A stretch of 64,000 nt of DNA, taken from the NCBI GenBank assembly GCA_023426365.1, contig JAFAAW010000040.1:2814-66813 (forward strand). Direction: 5' to 3'. Within the stretch, counting starts at the first letter, position 1, and each line of letters starts with the position of its first letter. The stretch is from Pseudomonadota bacterium. Its GTDB lineage: Bacteria > Pseudomonadota > Alphaproteobacteria > Rhodospirillales > Magnetospirillaceae. Shown in pieces: positions 1 to 10,318 of the stretch. The notes under the pieces are model-generated. The model saw nothing but the letters and a program-made list of their open reading frames with translations. It ran no database searches and was not told where the DNA came from. A program made the position numbers and the translations under genes.

Positions 1-623
1 GGCCCTTCCCTGACCGCCCCGCACAGGACGGCGACGCGCGGCGCCTGGTCCAGGGCGCGGGCGGTGGCGCGGGGAAAGGCGTAGGCCAGCCCCTCGGCCA
101 ACTGGAACAGGGACAGATCGCCATAGGTCAGGGCGTCGCCCACCAGATGGCGGTCGCCGGCCGGATTACGGGCCAGCACCCGTTCGAACCAGTCCAGGAA
201 GGCGGGGATGCGTTGCTCGCGGAAACCCTGGGCGCGCCGGGCGGCCTCGGCCTTCTGGTCCTCGTAATAGAGGTCGGCGCCGACCGGATGGTGGGTGTCG
301 TGCGCCTCGGCCACCACGTCGGCGATGGTCAGTTGGATCTGGTGCAGCCACAACCGCCCCGCCTCGTCGGCGGGGGCAAGGCCGTGGCGCGGCCCCAGGT
401 AAAGCAGGATGGCGGCGGTCTGGCCGACCACCACCTCGCCATGGCGCAGGAAGGGCGCGGCAAAGGGCGGCCGGCCCGCGTCGGCCATGACCGCCATCAT
501 GACGGCCATGCCGCCCGGCTGGCGCGCCACGTCCACGTATTCCGCCCCGGCTTCCTCCAGCGTCAGGCGGACGAACTCGCCCCGTCCCTGGATGCTCGGC
601 CAATAGAACAGCTCGTAGGCCAT
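1..623 (-). CDS. Glutathione S-transferase family protein (3' end runs off the window)
   Basis: Not in the ORF track because it is truncated. Reverse-strand translation from ATG at 623 gives MAYELFYWPSIQGRGEFVRLTLEEAGAEYVDVAR...PFAPPFL...QTAAILLYLG, a GST N-terminal domain pattern; GGGAGG RBS upstream. Confidence 0.85.
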   Translation of the reverse strand, partial: MAYELFYWPSIQGRGEFVRLTLEEAGAEYVDVARQPGGMAVMMAVMADAGRPPFAAPFLRHGEVVVGQTAAILLYLGPRHGLAPADEAGRLWLHQIQLTIADVVAEAHDTHHPVGADLYYEDQKAEAARRAQGFREQRIPAFLDWFERVLARNPAGDRHLVGDALTYGDLSLFQLAEGLAYAFPRATARALDQAPRVAVLCGAVREG

Positions 624-680
624 GGGCACCTCCCAATCCCTCCGGCCCGTCCCGATGGAACGGCGCCAAAGCGTCAGGCG

Positions 681-1253
681 TCAGGCGTGGCCGGCGTCGG
701 CCGAGAGCGTGGCGAAGTCGATGCCCAGCTTGTGGATGGCCGCTTCCCATTTGTGGTCCAGGTCGAGGCCGAACAGCAGGTGTTCGTCGGCCGAGACGTT
801 GAGCCACGCATTCTCGCGGATCTCGCTGTCCAACTGGCCCGCGCTCCAGCCGGCATAGCCCAGCGCCAGCAGCGACTTGCGCGGCCCCATGCCCTGGGCG
901 ATGGCCTTGAGCACATCGACGGTGGCGGTCAGCGCGATGCCGTCCGCCACCCGCATGGAGGTGTCGTGCATGTAGTCGTCGGAATGCAGCACGAAGCCGC
1001 GGCCGCCTTCCACCGGGCCGCCGAAATGGACGCGGATCTGGTCGCATTCCGACGTGGTCGGGATGTCCAACTGGTCCAGCAGCTCGGGAAAGCTGAGGCC
1101 GTCGAACAGGCGGTTGATCATGATGCCCATGGCGCCTTCGGCGCTGTGGGCGCACAGGTAGACCACCGAGCGCGCGAACCGGGGGTCCTGCATCTGCGGC
1201 ATGGCGATCAGCAATTGTCCGGCCAGATAGCCGTTTATCTTCTGCATTGGCAT
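681..1253 (-). CDS. YqgE/AlgH (UPF0301) family protein
   Basis: C-terminal part of ORF 681..2666: [46 protein letters not shown] and final AGHA are YqgE/AlgH motifs. Start placed at MPMQK. Confidence 0.93.
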   Translation of the reverse strand: MPMQKINGYLAGQLLIAMPQMQDPRFARSVVYLCAHSAEGAMGIMINRLFDGLSFPELLDQLDIPTTSECDQIRVHFGGPVEGGRGFVLHSDDYMHDTSMRVADGIALTATVDVLKAIAQGMGPRKSLLALGYAGWSAGQLDSEIRENAWLNVSADEHLLFGLDLDHKWEAAIHKLGIDFATLSADAGHA

Positions 1254-1400
1254 GTCACCACACATATGACGGACTCTTGACGAAAGCAACCCTGCCCCAC
1301 GGCCCGGCCGTGATACGGTGGCCGCTGCATGACGCGACGTTAAGTTGACGCGCGCGGACGGCTTTGCTGTGTTCGCACGGGTCCCAAGCAGGCAAAGGAA

Positions 1401-3344
1401 GTGGGCGTGAAAACGAAGGTCTTGGCCCTGGCCGCCGCACTGGCGGCACTGGGCGGGGCGGCGTGGGCCGCCGAACCGGGGGCGTCGGACTGGGCCAGCA
1501 CGGAAACCGGCAAGGTGCGCCTGGTCGCCGCGCAGACCGCCACCGGCGACGCCGCCAGCCTGAAGATGGGCCTGCATTTCCGCCTGGAGCCGGGCTGGAA
1601 GATCTATTGGCGCACCCCCGGCGACGCCGGCTATCCCCCCAAGATCGACTGGGGCGGATCGGACAATATCGGCACCCCGGCCATTTCGTGGCCGGCGCCC
1701 AAGCGCTTCCAACTGGCCGGGCTGCAGAACCACGGCTATGCCGATGAAGTGGTGCTGCCGCTGGACGTGCCGGTGCAGCGCCCGGGCGCGCCGGTGGCCG
1801 TGTCGGCCAGCCTGGACTATCTGGCCTGCGCCCAAATCTGCGTGCCCATGCAGGCCAGCCTGCGCCTGGACCTGCCGGCCGGCCCGGCCCAGCCCAGCGC
1901 CTTTGTCCACGACATCGGCCGCTTCACCGCGCTGATCCCCGGCGACGGCGCCCGCCACGGCCTGCGCGTCGAAAGCGCCGAGGCGGTCGGCGAGGGCGAG
2001 GCGGCCCGCCTGCGCCTGACGGTCAGCGCCAGCGAACCCTTCGACCATCCCGACCTGTTCGTGGAGCCGCCCGAGGTGGCCGGCTTCGACGCCCCCCAGG
2101 TCAGCCTGTCCGACGGCGGCCGCCGCGCGGTGATCGAGGCGCCGGTGGTCAAGGGCACCATGCAGCGCCCGCTGGCCGGGGCGCCGCTGACGGTGACGGT
2201 GGTGGACGGCAACCGCGCGCTGGAAGCGGCAGTCACCCCGGTGCCCGGCGCGGCGCGGCCCATGGAAAGCGGCGCTGGCTTGCTGCCCATGCTGCTGGCG
2301 GCCCTGCTGGGCGGCCTGATCCTGAACCTGATGCCGTGCGTGCTGCCGGTGCTGTCCATCAAGGTGCTGGGCGCGCTGTCCCATGGCGGGGCGGAACGCG
2401 GCCATGTGCGTGCCGCCTTCCTGGCCTCGGCCGCCGGCATCGTGGCGTCGTTCCTGGTTCTGGCCGGCGCCGCCGTGGCGCTGAAGGCGGCGGGCAGCGC
2501 CGTCGGCTGGGGCATCCAGTTCCAGCAGCCGGTGTTCCTGGGCGTCATGATCGCGCTGCTGCTGGCCTTCGCCGCCAATCTGTGGGGGGCGTTCGAAATC
2601 CGCCTGCCCGCCGCCCTGATGAACGTGGGTCCCAGCGGCGTCGCCCACCACACCCTGCTGGGCCATTTCCTGTCGGGCGCCTTCGCCACCTTGCTGGCGA
2701 CGCCATGCTCGGCGCCGTTCCTGGGCACCGCCGTGGGCTTTGCCCTGGCGCGCGGCCCGGGCGAGATCATGGCCATCTTCGCCGCGCTGGGGCTGGGCCT
2801 GGCCCTGCCCTATCTGGCGGTGGCGGCGTGGCCCGACCTGGCCCGCCGGCTGCCCAAGCCCGGCGCCTGGATGGTGACGGTGAAGAAGGCCATGGGCGTC
2901 GCCCTGGCCGGCACCGCGCTGTGGCTGGGCACCGTGCTGGCCGCCCAGGTGGGATGGGCCGGCGGCGCCCCGGAGGCGGCGGACAAGGCGGCGGTGGCCT
3001 GGGCCCCGTTCGACCGCCCGGCCATCGCCCGGGCGGTGGCCGAGGGCAAGGTGGTGTTCGTGGACGTCACCGCCGATTGGTGCATCACCTGCAAGGTCAA
3101 CAAGGCGGCGGTGGTCGAGCGGGGCGCGGTGGCGGCCCGGCTGGCCGCCCCGGGCACCATCGCCATGCGGGCCGACTGGACCAAGCCCGACGACGGCATC
3201 GCCGCCTATCTGGCGTCGTTCAACCGCTACGGCATTCCGTTCAACGCCGTCTACGGGCCGGGCGCACCCGACGGCCTGGCGCTGTCGGAACTGCTGACCG
3301 AGGCCGAGGTGATGGCGGCGATCGACAAGGCGGCGGCGCGCTGA
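1401..3344 (+). CDS. DsbD-family thiol:disulfide interchange protein (DsbC-like N-domain, transmembrane domain, thioredoxin domain)
   Basis: Signal peptide, [29 protein letters not shown] and ATPCSAPF transmembrane cysteines, C-terminal [11 protein letters not shown]. Confidence 0.92.
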   Translation: MGVKTKVLALAAALAALGGAAWAAEPGASDWASTETGKVRLVAAQTATGDAASLKMGLHFRLEPGWKIYWRTPGDAGYPPKIDWGGSDNIGTPAISWPAPKRFQLAGLQNHGYADEVVLPLDVPVQRPGAPVAVSASLDYLACAQICVPMQASLRLDLPAGPAQPSAFVHDIGRFTALIPGDGARHGLRVESAEAVGEGEAARLRLTVSASEPFDHPDLFVEPPEVAGFDAPQVSLSDGGRRAVIEAPVVKGTMQRPLAGAPLTVTVVDGNRALEAAVTPVPGAARPMESGAGLLPMLLAALLGGLILNLMPCVLPVLSIKVLGALSHGGAERGHVRAAFLASAAGIVASFLVLAGAAVALKAAGSAVGWGIQFQQPVFLGVMIALLLAFAANLWGAFEIRLPAALMNVGPSGVAHHTLLGHFLSGAFATLLATPCSAPFLGTAVGFALARGPGEIMAIFAALGLGLALPYLAVAAWPDLARRLPKPGAWMVTVKKAMGVALAGTALWLGTVLAAQVGWAGGAPEAADKAAVAWAPFDRPAIARAVAEGKVVFVDVTADWCITCKVNKAAVVERGAVAARLAAPGTIAMRADWTKPDDGIAAYLASFNRYGIPFNAVYGPGAPDGLALSELLTEAEVMAAIDKAAAR

Positions 3345-3374
3345 CGCGCCGCCGCCCTGCCGCCATCGCCCGTC

Positions 3375-4355
3375 CTACAGGAACACGAAGTCGTTGGCCG
3401 TCAGGTTGGTCACGCCGTCCACCGACAGGGATGCCTGTCCCTGCGGAAGGAAGTTGGACAGATCGATGACCGAATCGCCCGAGCTGGTGTCGATGGTCAG
3501 GTCGTTGAAGGTGATGGGCGTTCCGCCGTCGCTGAAATTGCTGAGCACGATTTTGTCGGTGCCCGAGGCGAAATCGAGGATGGTTTTCTCGCCTTCCACG
3601 GCGCGGATGACGAAGAAATCGGCTCCGGCGCCGCCCGACAGCCGGTCGTTGCCCTCATTGCCTTCGACCACGTCGCTGCCCTGGCCGCCCTGGACGGTGT
3701 CGTTGCCCTCGCCGCCCACCAGCCAGTCATTGCCGGCGCCGCCGCTCAGCAGATCGTTGCCCTGGCCGCCCTGCAACTGGTCCGACTGGGTGCCGCCGCG
3801 CAGGGTGTCGTCGCCCGCCTCGCCATCGGCGACGATGGCGACCGTCGAGGCCTGGGCGTTCAGGGTGTCGTTGCCCTCGCCGCCATGGAACCACACCTGA
3901 TCCACCGGCGTGCCGGTCAGGCTCTGGACGCTTAAGGTGTCGTTGCCGCCCTGGGCCTGCAGGTCGATGCGCTCCACATTGGTGTCGGTGATCTGGAAGG
4001 GATTGGGGCTGATGCGGGCGAAGATGGCGTCCGTCCCGGTGGCGCTGAGGCGGAAGCTTTCCGCCACCGCCGGGTCGTTGTTGCCTTCCACCACCTGGGT
4101 GTCCACCTCGCCGCCGCCGTTCACCCGATCGGTGCCGTCGCCATTGACCCAGGCGATGCTGTCGGGGCCGCCGCCTGCGTCGATGGTGTCGTTGCCCGGC
4201 CCGCCAAAGACGATGTCGCCACCATCCTGGGCCGTGAGGGTGTCGCCGCCCCGCCCGCCGACGACCAGATCGGCCGCGGCGGTACCGTTCAGGGTGTCGG
4301 CCTGGGGCGTCCCGGCGACCACGTTCGCGATGGGCGTATTCGGAAGGATTGGCAT
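3375..4355 (-). CDS. RTX/hemolysin-type calcium-binding repeat protein, probably type I secreted
   Basis: Many GGxGxDxL nonapeptides (GGRGGDTL, GGPGNDTI, GGEGNDTL, GGQGNDLL, GGAGNDWL); no Sec signal; C-terminal DF..GTDKI and LTANDFVFL ending; AAGGAGG upstream. Confidence 0.88.
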   Translation of the reverse strand: MPILPNTPIANVVAGTPQADTLNGTAAADLVVGGRGGDTLTAQDGGDIVFGGPGNDTIDAGGGPDSIAWVNGDGTDRVNGGGEVDTQVVEGNNDPAVAESFRLSATGTDAIFARISPNPFQITDTNVERIDLQAQGGNDTLSVQSLTGTPVDQVWFHGGEGNDTLNAQASTVAIVADGEAGDDTLRGGTQSDQLQGGQGNDLLSGGAGNDWLVGGEGNDTVQGGQGSDVVEGNEGNDRLSGGAGADFFVIRAVEGEKTILDFASGTDKIVLSNFSDGGTPITFNDLTIDTSSGDSVIDLSNFLPQGQASLSVDGVTNLTANDFVFL

Positions 4356-4468
4356 TCCCTGACCTCCTTGTCATTCCCCTCTGGACAGGGGAACGCGCAG
4401 GCGGGCAACCCTTTCCGCAACGCGAAAGTAGCTATTCCCATGGGGGCCGGGGCACCCCGGGTTATGCT

Positions 4469-5941
4469 TCACCGCAACATGCCAGGCGGCTGCATGGTGG
4501 GGGCCAGCGGCAATGGCGGCGGCTCCATGGCCAGCCCCTCCACATCCGCCCGGGCGGCCGGCTCGTCCTCCATGCCGCCGGTCAGATCGGCCAGGAAGGC
4601 ATCGCGCCAGGTTTCCACCGTGTTGGACTCGACGACGTCCATCATCAGCCGCCAGCGCGCCAGCCGCTCCGGGCGCGGCATGGTCAGGGCCTTGGCCAGG
4701 GCGTCGGCCACCTCGTCCGCGTCGAACGGATTGACCACCAGCGCGCCGGTCAACTCACGCGCCGCACCGGCGAAGCGCGACAGCACCAGCACGCCGGGAT
4801 CGTCGGGGTTCTGCGCCGCCACGTATTCCTTGGCCACCAGATTCATGCCGTCGCGCAGCGGCGTCACCAACCCGACGCAGGCGGCGCGGTAGAAGCCGGC
4901 CAGGGCGGCGCGGTCATAGCCACGATTGATGTAGCGCACGGGCTGCCAGTCGTATTCGGCGAAGCGGCCGTTGATGCGGCCGGCGGCGCTTTCCAACTGG
5001 CGCTTGAGGGCGCGATACCGCGCTACCTCCTCGCGCGAGGGGGCGGCGATCTGCATGAACTCGAACCGGCGGCGCAACTCGGGATGGCCTTCCAGCAGGC
5101 ATTCGATGGCATCGAAGCGATGGGGCAGGCCCTTGGAATAATCCAGCCGCTCGACCCCCAGCACCAGATGGCGGCCGCGCAGGGAATCCTTGAGCCGCAC
5201 CGCCTCGGGCGCATCGGCCTGGGCGGCGGCCAGCTCGGCAAAGGCGTGGGTGTCGATGCCGATGGGATAGGCGCCGGCGCGGGCGCAGCGGCCATAGGCG
5301 ACGAACCGGCCGTCCTCGGCCACCTCGCCGCGCGCCTCGCCGCCCACATAGCCGTGGAAGGCGCGCACGTCGTCGCGGGTCTGGAACCCCAGCAGGTCAT
5401 AGGCGCACAACGCGCGCACCAGCCGCCGGTGGCCGGGCAGCGCCACCAGCAATTCGGGCACCGGGAACGGCGTGTGCAGGAAAAAGCCCATGCGGTTGCC
5501 GATGCCCAGGCGGCGCAATTCGTCGCCCAGCGGGATCAGGTGGTAGTCGTGCACCCAGATGATGTCGTCGGGCCGGATCATGGGGGCCAGTTGCGCGGCA
5601 AAGGCGGCGTTGACGCGCAGATATCCCTCATAGGATTTGCGCGACACCTCGAGCAGCCCGAGCCGGAAGTGGAACAGCGGCCACAGCGTCGAATTGGAGA
5701 ATCCGTTGTAGAATTCCTCGTAATCCTGCCGCGTCAGGTCGGTGGTCACATAGGTGATGCCGCCCTGGGTGGTCGCCTTGGGTGGCGGCACCGCGCCCTC
5801 CTCGGCCACCTCGCCCGACCAGCCGAACCACAACCCGCCGTAACGGCCCAGCGCATCGCGCAACGCCACCGCCAGCCCGCCGGCCTGGGCGCCCTTGCGC
5901 GGCAGGCTGACCCGATTGGAAACGATCACCAGTCTCGGCAC
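4469..5941 (-). CDS. otsA: Trehalose-6-phosphate synthase (GT20)
   Basis: RLVIVSNRV, AGGLAVAL, WFGWSG, YNGFSNSTLWPLFH, WVHDYHL, FFLHTPFP, RLDYSKG, DGMNLVAKEY. GTG start at 5941 after GGGAG. Confidence 0.96.
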   Translation of the reverse strand: MPRLVIVSNRVSLPRKGAQAGGLAVALRDALGRYGGLWFGWSGEVAEEGAVPPPKATTQGGITYVTTDLTRQDYEEFYNGFSNSTLWPLFHFRLGLLEVSRKSYEGYLRVNAAFAAQLAPMIRPDDIIWVHDYHLIPLGDELRRLGIGNRMGFFLHTPFPVPELLVALPGHRRLVRALCAYDLLGFQTRDDVRAFHGYVGGEARGEVAEDGRFVAYGRCARAGAYPIGIDTHAFAELAAAQADAPEAVRLKDSLRGRHLVLGVERLDYSKGLPHRFDAIECLLEGHPELRRRFEFMQIAAPSREEVARYRALKRQLESAAGRINGRFAEYDWQPVRYINRGYDRAALAGFYRAACVGLVTPLRDGMNLVAKEYVAAQNPDDPGVLVLSRFAGAARELTGALVVNPFDADEVADALAKALTMPRPERLARWRLMMDVVESNTVETWRDAFLADLTGGMEDEPAARADVEGLAMEPPPLPLAPTMQPPGMLR

Positions 5942-6037
5942 CGCACTCTCCCATGGCTGAAGGCCACGGGCAGAAGGTGGGAACAATGGCGCGGGCAACC
6001 AATCAGGATGACAGGGTACGCCCGATGGGGGAGAACG

Positions 6038-6499
6038 CTATTTTCCGGCCGCTTCGCGGGCACCGCGGCGGGCCAGCTCGTCGGCGCGCTCGTTTTCCGG
6101 GTGGCCGGCATGGCCGCGCACCCAGTGCCAACTGACGCGGTGCCGCGACGACGCCTCGTCCAGCACCTTCCACAGGTCGTCGTTCTTCACCGGCTTCTTG
6201 TCGGCGGTCTTCCAGCCGCGCGCCTTCCAGCCGCGCAGCCATTCGGTCATGCCCTTCTTCACGTATTCGCTGTCGGTATAGACCTCGACCACGCAAGGCC
6301 GGGTCAGCGCGTTCAGCCCGGCGATCACCGCCATCATTTCCATGCGGTTGTTGGTGGTCGGGTTCTCGCCGCCGTACAATTCCTTTTCCACGCCCTTGAA
6401 GCGCAGGATGCAGCCCCAGCCGCCGGGGCCGGGATTGCCGGAACAGGCGCCGTCGGTATAAAGCTCGACCGCCGCTTTGGCCGCTTCGGTATCGGTCAT
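6038..6499 (-). CDS. rnhA: Ribonuclease HI
   Basis: [54 protein letters not shown]; start overlaps the thrB stop (ATGA). Confidence 0.98.
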   Translation of the reverse strand: MTDTEAAKAAVELYTDGACSGNPGPGGWGCILRFKGVEKELYGGENPTTNNRMEMMAVIAGLNALTRPCVVEVYTDSEYVKKGMTEWLRGWKARGWKTADKKPVKNDDLWKVLDEASSRHRVSWHWVRGHAGHPENERADELARRGAREAAGK

Positions 6500-7458
6500 T
6501 CGATCCCGTAGGCGCCGGGGCCGGTGATGCCCTGGTGGAAGCGCAGCTTGCGGTAATATTCCAGCGGGTCCTTGCGCTTGACGAAGGCGCCGGCCGGCGT
6601 GTTCAGCCAATCGTACAGCCGGGTGAGCAGGAAGCGCATGGCGGCGCCGCGCGCCAGCAGCGGCAGCGCCTGCAATTCCTCGGCCGTGAGCGGGCGCACC
6701 TTGCGATAGCCGTTCAGCATCAGCCGCGCCTTGGTGGCGTTGAAGCTGCCGTCCGGTTCGAAGCACCACGCGTTCAGGCAGATGGCGATGTCGTAGGCCA
6801 GCGAATCGGTGCAGGCGAAATAGAAATCGATGATCCCCGACACCTTGTCGGCGTGGAAGAACACGTTGTCGGGGAACAGGTCGGCATGGATCAGCCCGAC
6901 CGGCAGCGCGCGCGGCCACAGGCTTTCCAGCACCGCCAATTCGGCTTCGATGAAGGCGGCCAGGCCGGGCTTGACCTCGTCGGCGCGGTGCTTCTCGGCC
7001 TCGAACAGCGGACGCCAGCCGGCCACCGACAGATCGTTGCCGCGCGACTGGGCGAAATCGGCGCCCGCCAGATGCATCGCGGCCATGGCCGGCCCCAACG
7101 CCGCGCAATGCTCAAGCGTCAGACGCCGCGCCGACATGCCGGTCAGGAAGCTGACCACCGCCGCCGGGCGGCCGCACAAGGTGCGCAGGGCGGCGCCGTC
7201 GCGGCCGTGCAGCGGCGTCGGGCAGGCCAGCCCACGCGCCGCCAGATGCTCCATCAGGCCCAGGAAGAACGGCAGATCCTCGGGCTTGGTGCGCTTTTCG
7301 TAAAGCGTCAGGATGAACTGGCCGCGATCGGTCTGAAGCAGATAGTTGGAATTCTCGACACCCTCGGCGATGCCCTTGAACGACAGCACCTCGCCAATGT
7401 CGTAGCCGGCGACGAACGCCTCCAGCTCCTCGTCGGAAACTTCCGTATAGACCGCCAT
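6496..7458 (-). CDS. thrB: Homoserine kinase type II (APH-like)
   Basis: [47 protein letters not shown]; conserved ispH-thrB-rnhA order. Confidence 0.96.
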   Translation of the reverse strand: MAVYTEVSDEELEAFVAGYDIGEVLSFKGIAEGVENSNYLLQTDRGQFILTLYEKRTKPEDLPFFLGLMEHLAARGLACPTPLHGRDGAALRTLCGRPAAVVSFLTGMSARRLTLEHCAALGPAMAAMHLAGADFAQSRGNDLSVAGWRPLFEAEKHRADEVKPGLAAFIEAELAVLESLWPRALPVGLIHADLFPDNVFFHADKVSGIIDFYFACTDSLAYDIAICLNAWCFEPDGSFNATKARLMLNGYRKVRPLTAEELQALPLLARGAAMRFLLTRLYDWLNTPAGAFVKRKDPLEYYRKLRFHQGITGPGAYGIE

Positions 7459-7591
7459 GAAACGCGAGGCCCCGATCACCTTGGATGAAGGGCGGAAAGT
7501 ACGACAGCATCCCCGGTTTGGGAAGGGGGCCTTGCCATAAAGCCGGCTCCCGGCCCAACCGGACGGCGTTACGCCCGCCGTCGGGGCGCGG

Positions 7592-8536
7592 TCACAACAG
7601 CGCTTCGGGCAGCTTGAACGACACCGTCTCGTCCTTGACCTTGATCTCCTCGATGGTCACGTCGAACCGCTGGCGGGCGGCGGCGATCACCTCTTCCACC
7701 AGCACCTCGGGGGCCGAGGCGCCGGCCGTCACGCCCAGCCGGCCGATGCCGCCCAGCCCGTCCCAATCGATGTCGGCGGCGCGCTGCACCAGGATCGAAC
7801 GGTCGCAGCCCGAACGGGCCGCCACCTCGACCAGCCGCTTGGAATTGGACGAGTTGGGCGCGCCGATCACCATCACCGCGTCGCAGGAGGGCGCGATGGT
7901 CTTGACCGCCAGTTGGCGGTTGGTGGTGGCATAGCAGATGTCGTCCTTGCGCGGCCCCACCATGGCGGGGAAGCGGCGGCGCAGCACCTCGACGATGGCG
8001 GTGGTGTCGTCCACCGACAGCGTGGTCTGGGTGATATAGGCCACCCTTTCGGGGTCGGCGGGGGCCACCGTCTCGGCATCGGCCGCGCTTTCCACCAGCA
8101 GCACGGTGCCGTCGGGCACCTGGCCCATGGTGCCGATCACCTCGGGGTGGCCCTTGTGGCCGATCATGATGATCTGGCGGCTCTGGAGGTGGTGGAATTC
8201 CGCCTCGCGGTGCACCTTGGTGACCAGCGGGCAGGTGGCGTCCAGATAGGCCAGTCCGCGCGCCTCGGCCGCCGCCGGCACCGCCTTGGGCACGCCGTGG
8301 GCGGAAAACACCACCGGCACGCCGTCGGGCACCTCGGTCAGTTCGTCCACGAACACCGCGCCCTTGGCCTTGAGGCTGTCCACCACGAACCGGTTGTGCA
8401 CGATCTCGTGGCGCACATAGACGGGTGCTCCGTATTTCTCGATCGCCGCCTCGACGATGTGGATGGCGCGGTCCACGCCGGCGCAGAAACCGCGCGGGCT
8501 GGCCAGAACGATCGTCAGTGCAGGCTTGCTCATCAT
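7592..8536 (-). CDS. ispH: 4-hydroxy-3-methylbut-2-enyl diphosphate reductase
   Basis: [63 protein letters not shown]. Confidence 0.98.
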   Translation of the reverse strand: MMSKPALTIVLASPRGFCAGVDRAIHIVEAAIEKYGAPVYVRHEIVHNRFVVDSLKAKGAVFVDELTEVPDGVPVVFSAHGVPKAVPAAAEARGLAYLDATCPLVTKVHREAEFHHLQSRQIIMIGHKGHPEVIGTMGQVPDGTVLLVESAADAETVAPADPERVAYITQTTLSVDDTTAIVEVLRRRFPAMVGPRKDDICYATTNRQLAVKTIAPSCDAVMVIGAPNSSNSKRLVEVAARSGCDRSILVQRAADIDWDGLGGIGRLGVTAGASAPEVLVEEVIAAARQRFDVTIEEIKVKDETVSFKLPEALL

Positions 8537-8654
8537 CCCCTATCCGTCCGGTCGGAAAGCCACCACCCTTGTGCGGGAGCGAAGGCTCCAATAAAGTCGC
8601 CCTGACTATAGCCACGGAAGTTCCCTTCCCCTCAACGGCTTTTCCGAGACGAGA

Positions 8655-9185
8655 ATGATGCGAAGCGCCCTCCGCCCCGTCGCCGCTGCCCTGTTGCCGC
8701 TGGCCCTGGCCTCCTGTTCGGTGTTCGGCAAGAAGGAGACGCCGCCCTGCCCGCCGGTCTACATCCTGGCCGATGCCGGCACGCTGACCAAGTACCGCGC
8801 AGGCCAGGGCCGCGACCTGACCGACGTGGAGTTCGAGGCCGAGGTCCAGGGCTTCACCGGCGGCTGCACCTATGACGAAAAGGGCGCCGTCGTCGATCTG
8901 CAGGTCAGCTTCTCGGTCAAGCGCGGCCCCGCCGACGGCGACCGCAAGGCGAGCTTCACCTATTTCGTCGCCATCCCGCATTATTACCCGGCGCCCTCGG
9001 CCAAGGCCGAGTTCGAGACCGAGGTGACTTTCCCCGAGGGTACCAATTACGTGCGCTACACCGATGAAGAGGTGGTCATGCGCGTGCCCGTCAAGGACAA
9101 GGACCTCATCAGCAAGTACGAGATCTATCTGGGCTTCCAGCAGACACAGGAAGAACTGGATCGCAACCGCGCCGGCAGGAAGTGA
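8655..9185 (+). CDS. Putative lipoprotein of unknown function
   Basis: Lipobox LALASC after a hydrophobic stretch, PPCPPV motif, strong coding bias; stop overlaps the map start. Confidence 0.8.
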   Translation: MMRSALRPVAAALLPLALASCSVFGKKETPPCPPVYILADAGTLTKYRAGQGRDLTDVEFEAEVQGFTGGCTYDEKGAVVDLQVSFSVKRGPADGDRKASFTYFVAIPHYYPAPSAKAEFETEVTFPEGTNYVRYTDEEVVMRVPVKDKDLISKYEIYLGFQQTQEELDRNRAGRK

Positions 9186-9991
9186 TGACCGAAACCGAAC
9201 GCTATTCCAGCCAGAGCGACGGCGCCGGACAGCGCGTCCGTCTGCACGGGCCGGAGGCGTTCGCCGGCATGCGCGCCGCGGGCAAGCTGGCGGCGGCCAC
9301 GCTGGACGCCGTAGCCCCCTTTGTCGTGCCCGGAATCACCACCGCCGAACTGGACCGCCGGTGCGAGGAATTCATGCGCGACCACGGCGCCGTGCCGGCC
9401 ACCATCGGCTATCACGGCTATCGGCACGCAAGCTGCATTTCGGTCAATCACGTGGTCACCCACGGCATTCCGTCGGACAAGCGGCTGGCCGAGGGCGACA
9501 TCGTCAACATCGACGTCACCCCCATCGTGGACGGCTGGCACGGCGACACCAGCCGCACCTTCGCGGTGGGCAAGGTGTCGCGCCTGGCCGAACGCCTGAT
9601 GGCCGCCGCCTTCGAGGCGATGATGGCCGGCATCTCGGTGGTGCGGCCCGGCGCCACCCTGGGCGACGTGGGCCACGCCATCGAGACGGTCGCCCACCGC
9701 GAGCGTTTCTCGGTGGTGCAGGAATATTGCGGCCACGGCCTGGGCCGCGTGTTCCACGACGCCCCCGACGTGCTGCATTACGGCGACCCGGGCACCGGCC
9801 TGGTGCTCGAGCCGGGCATGATCTTCACCATCGAACCCATGCTGAACGCCGGCCGGGCGGCGACCAAGCTGCTGGCCGACGGCTGGACGGCGGTGACCCG
9901 CGACCGCTCGCTGTCGGCCCAGTACGAGCATAGCGTGGGCGTGACCGAGAGCGGGGTCGAGATTTTCACCCTGTCCTCTATCCCCGGTTAA
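9182..9991 (+). CDS. map: Type I methionine aminopeptidase
   Basis: CISVNHVVTHGIP, GDIVNIDVT, GWHGDTSRTF, YCGHGLG, FTIEPM, SAQYEHSV. Start is GTG 9182 or ATG 9185. Confidence 0.97.
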   Translation: MMTETERYSSQSDGAGQRVRLHGPEAFAGMRAAGKLAAATLDAVAPFVVPGITTAELDRRCEEFMRDHGAVPATIGYHGYRHASCISVNHVVTHGIPSDKRLAEGDIVNIDVTPIVDGWHGDTSRTFAVGKVSRLAERLMAAAFEAMMAGISVVRPGATLGDVGHAIETVAHRERFSVVQEYCGHGLGRVFHDAPDVLHYGDPGTGLVLEPGMIFTIEPMLNAGRAATKLLADGWTAVTRDRSLSAQYEHSVGVTESGVEIFTLSSIPG

Positions 9992-10050
9992 ACTCCCATC
10001 CGCAAACATTGACTCGGTTGTGGGCGCGGCGCATCCTTCGCCCACAGACG

Positions 10051-10265
10051 ATCCCCGCCGGGAGAGAGCCGCCCCCGTGCCCTCGGGTCTGGCCGGCGGC
10101 CGCCGAAGGAGCAACCGCCCCTGGAAACTCTCAGGCAACAGGACCGCGGAGGGATGACACTCTGGAAAGCGGCGCTGTACTTGAGCTTGCGCCCACCGAC
10201 GAGGTAAGCCGGCTTGGGTCGCGCGATCCTTGGCCGGTGACTCTGTCAGGTTCCAAGACAGAGGA
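10051..10265 (+). promoter_or_regulatory. Tandem glycine riboswitch
   Basis: Aptamer 1: GGAGAGA...CGCCGAAGGAGCAA...AAACTCTCAGG...GGAC. Aptamer 2: CTCTGGAAAG...CACCGACGAGG...CTCTGTCAGG...GACAGAG. Directly upstream of gcvT. Confidence 0.93.
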
Positions 10266-10318
10266 AGGGCACCTGGGCTGACGCCCCACGTGCGAGTCCG
10301 CTTATCCGGGAGGAACCT

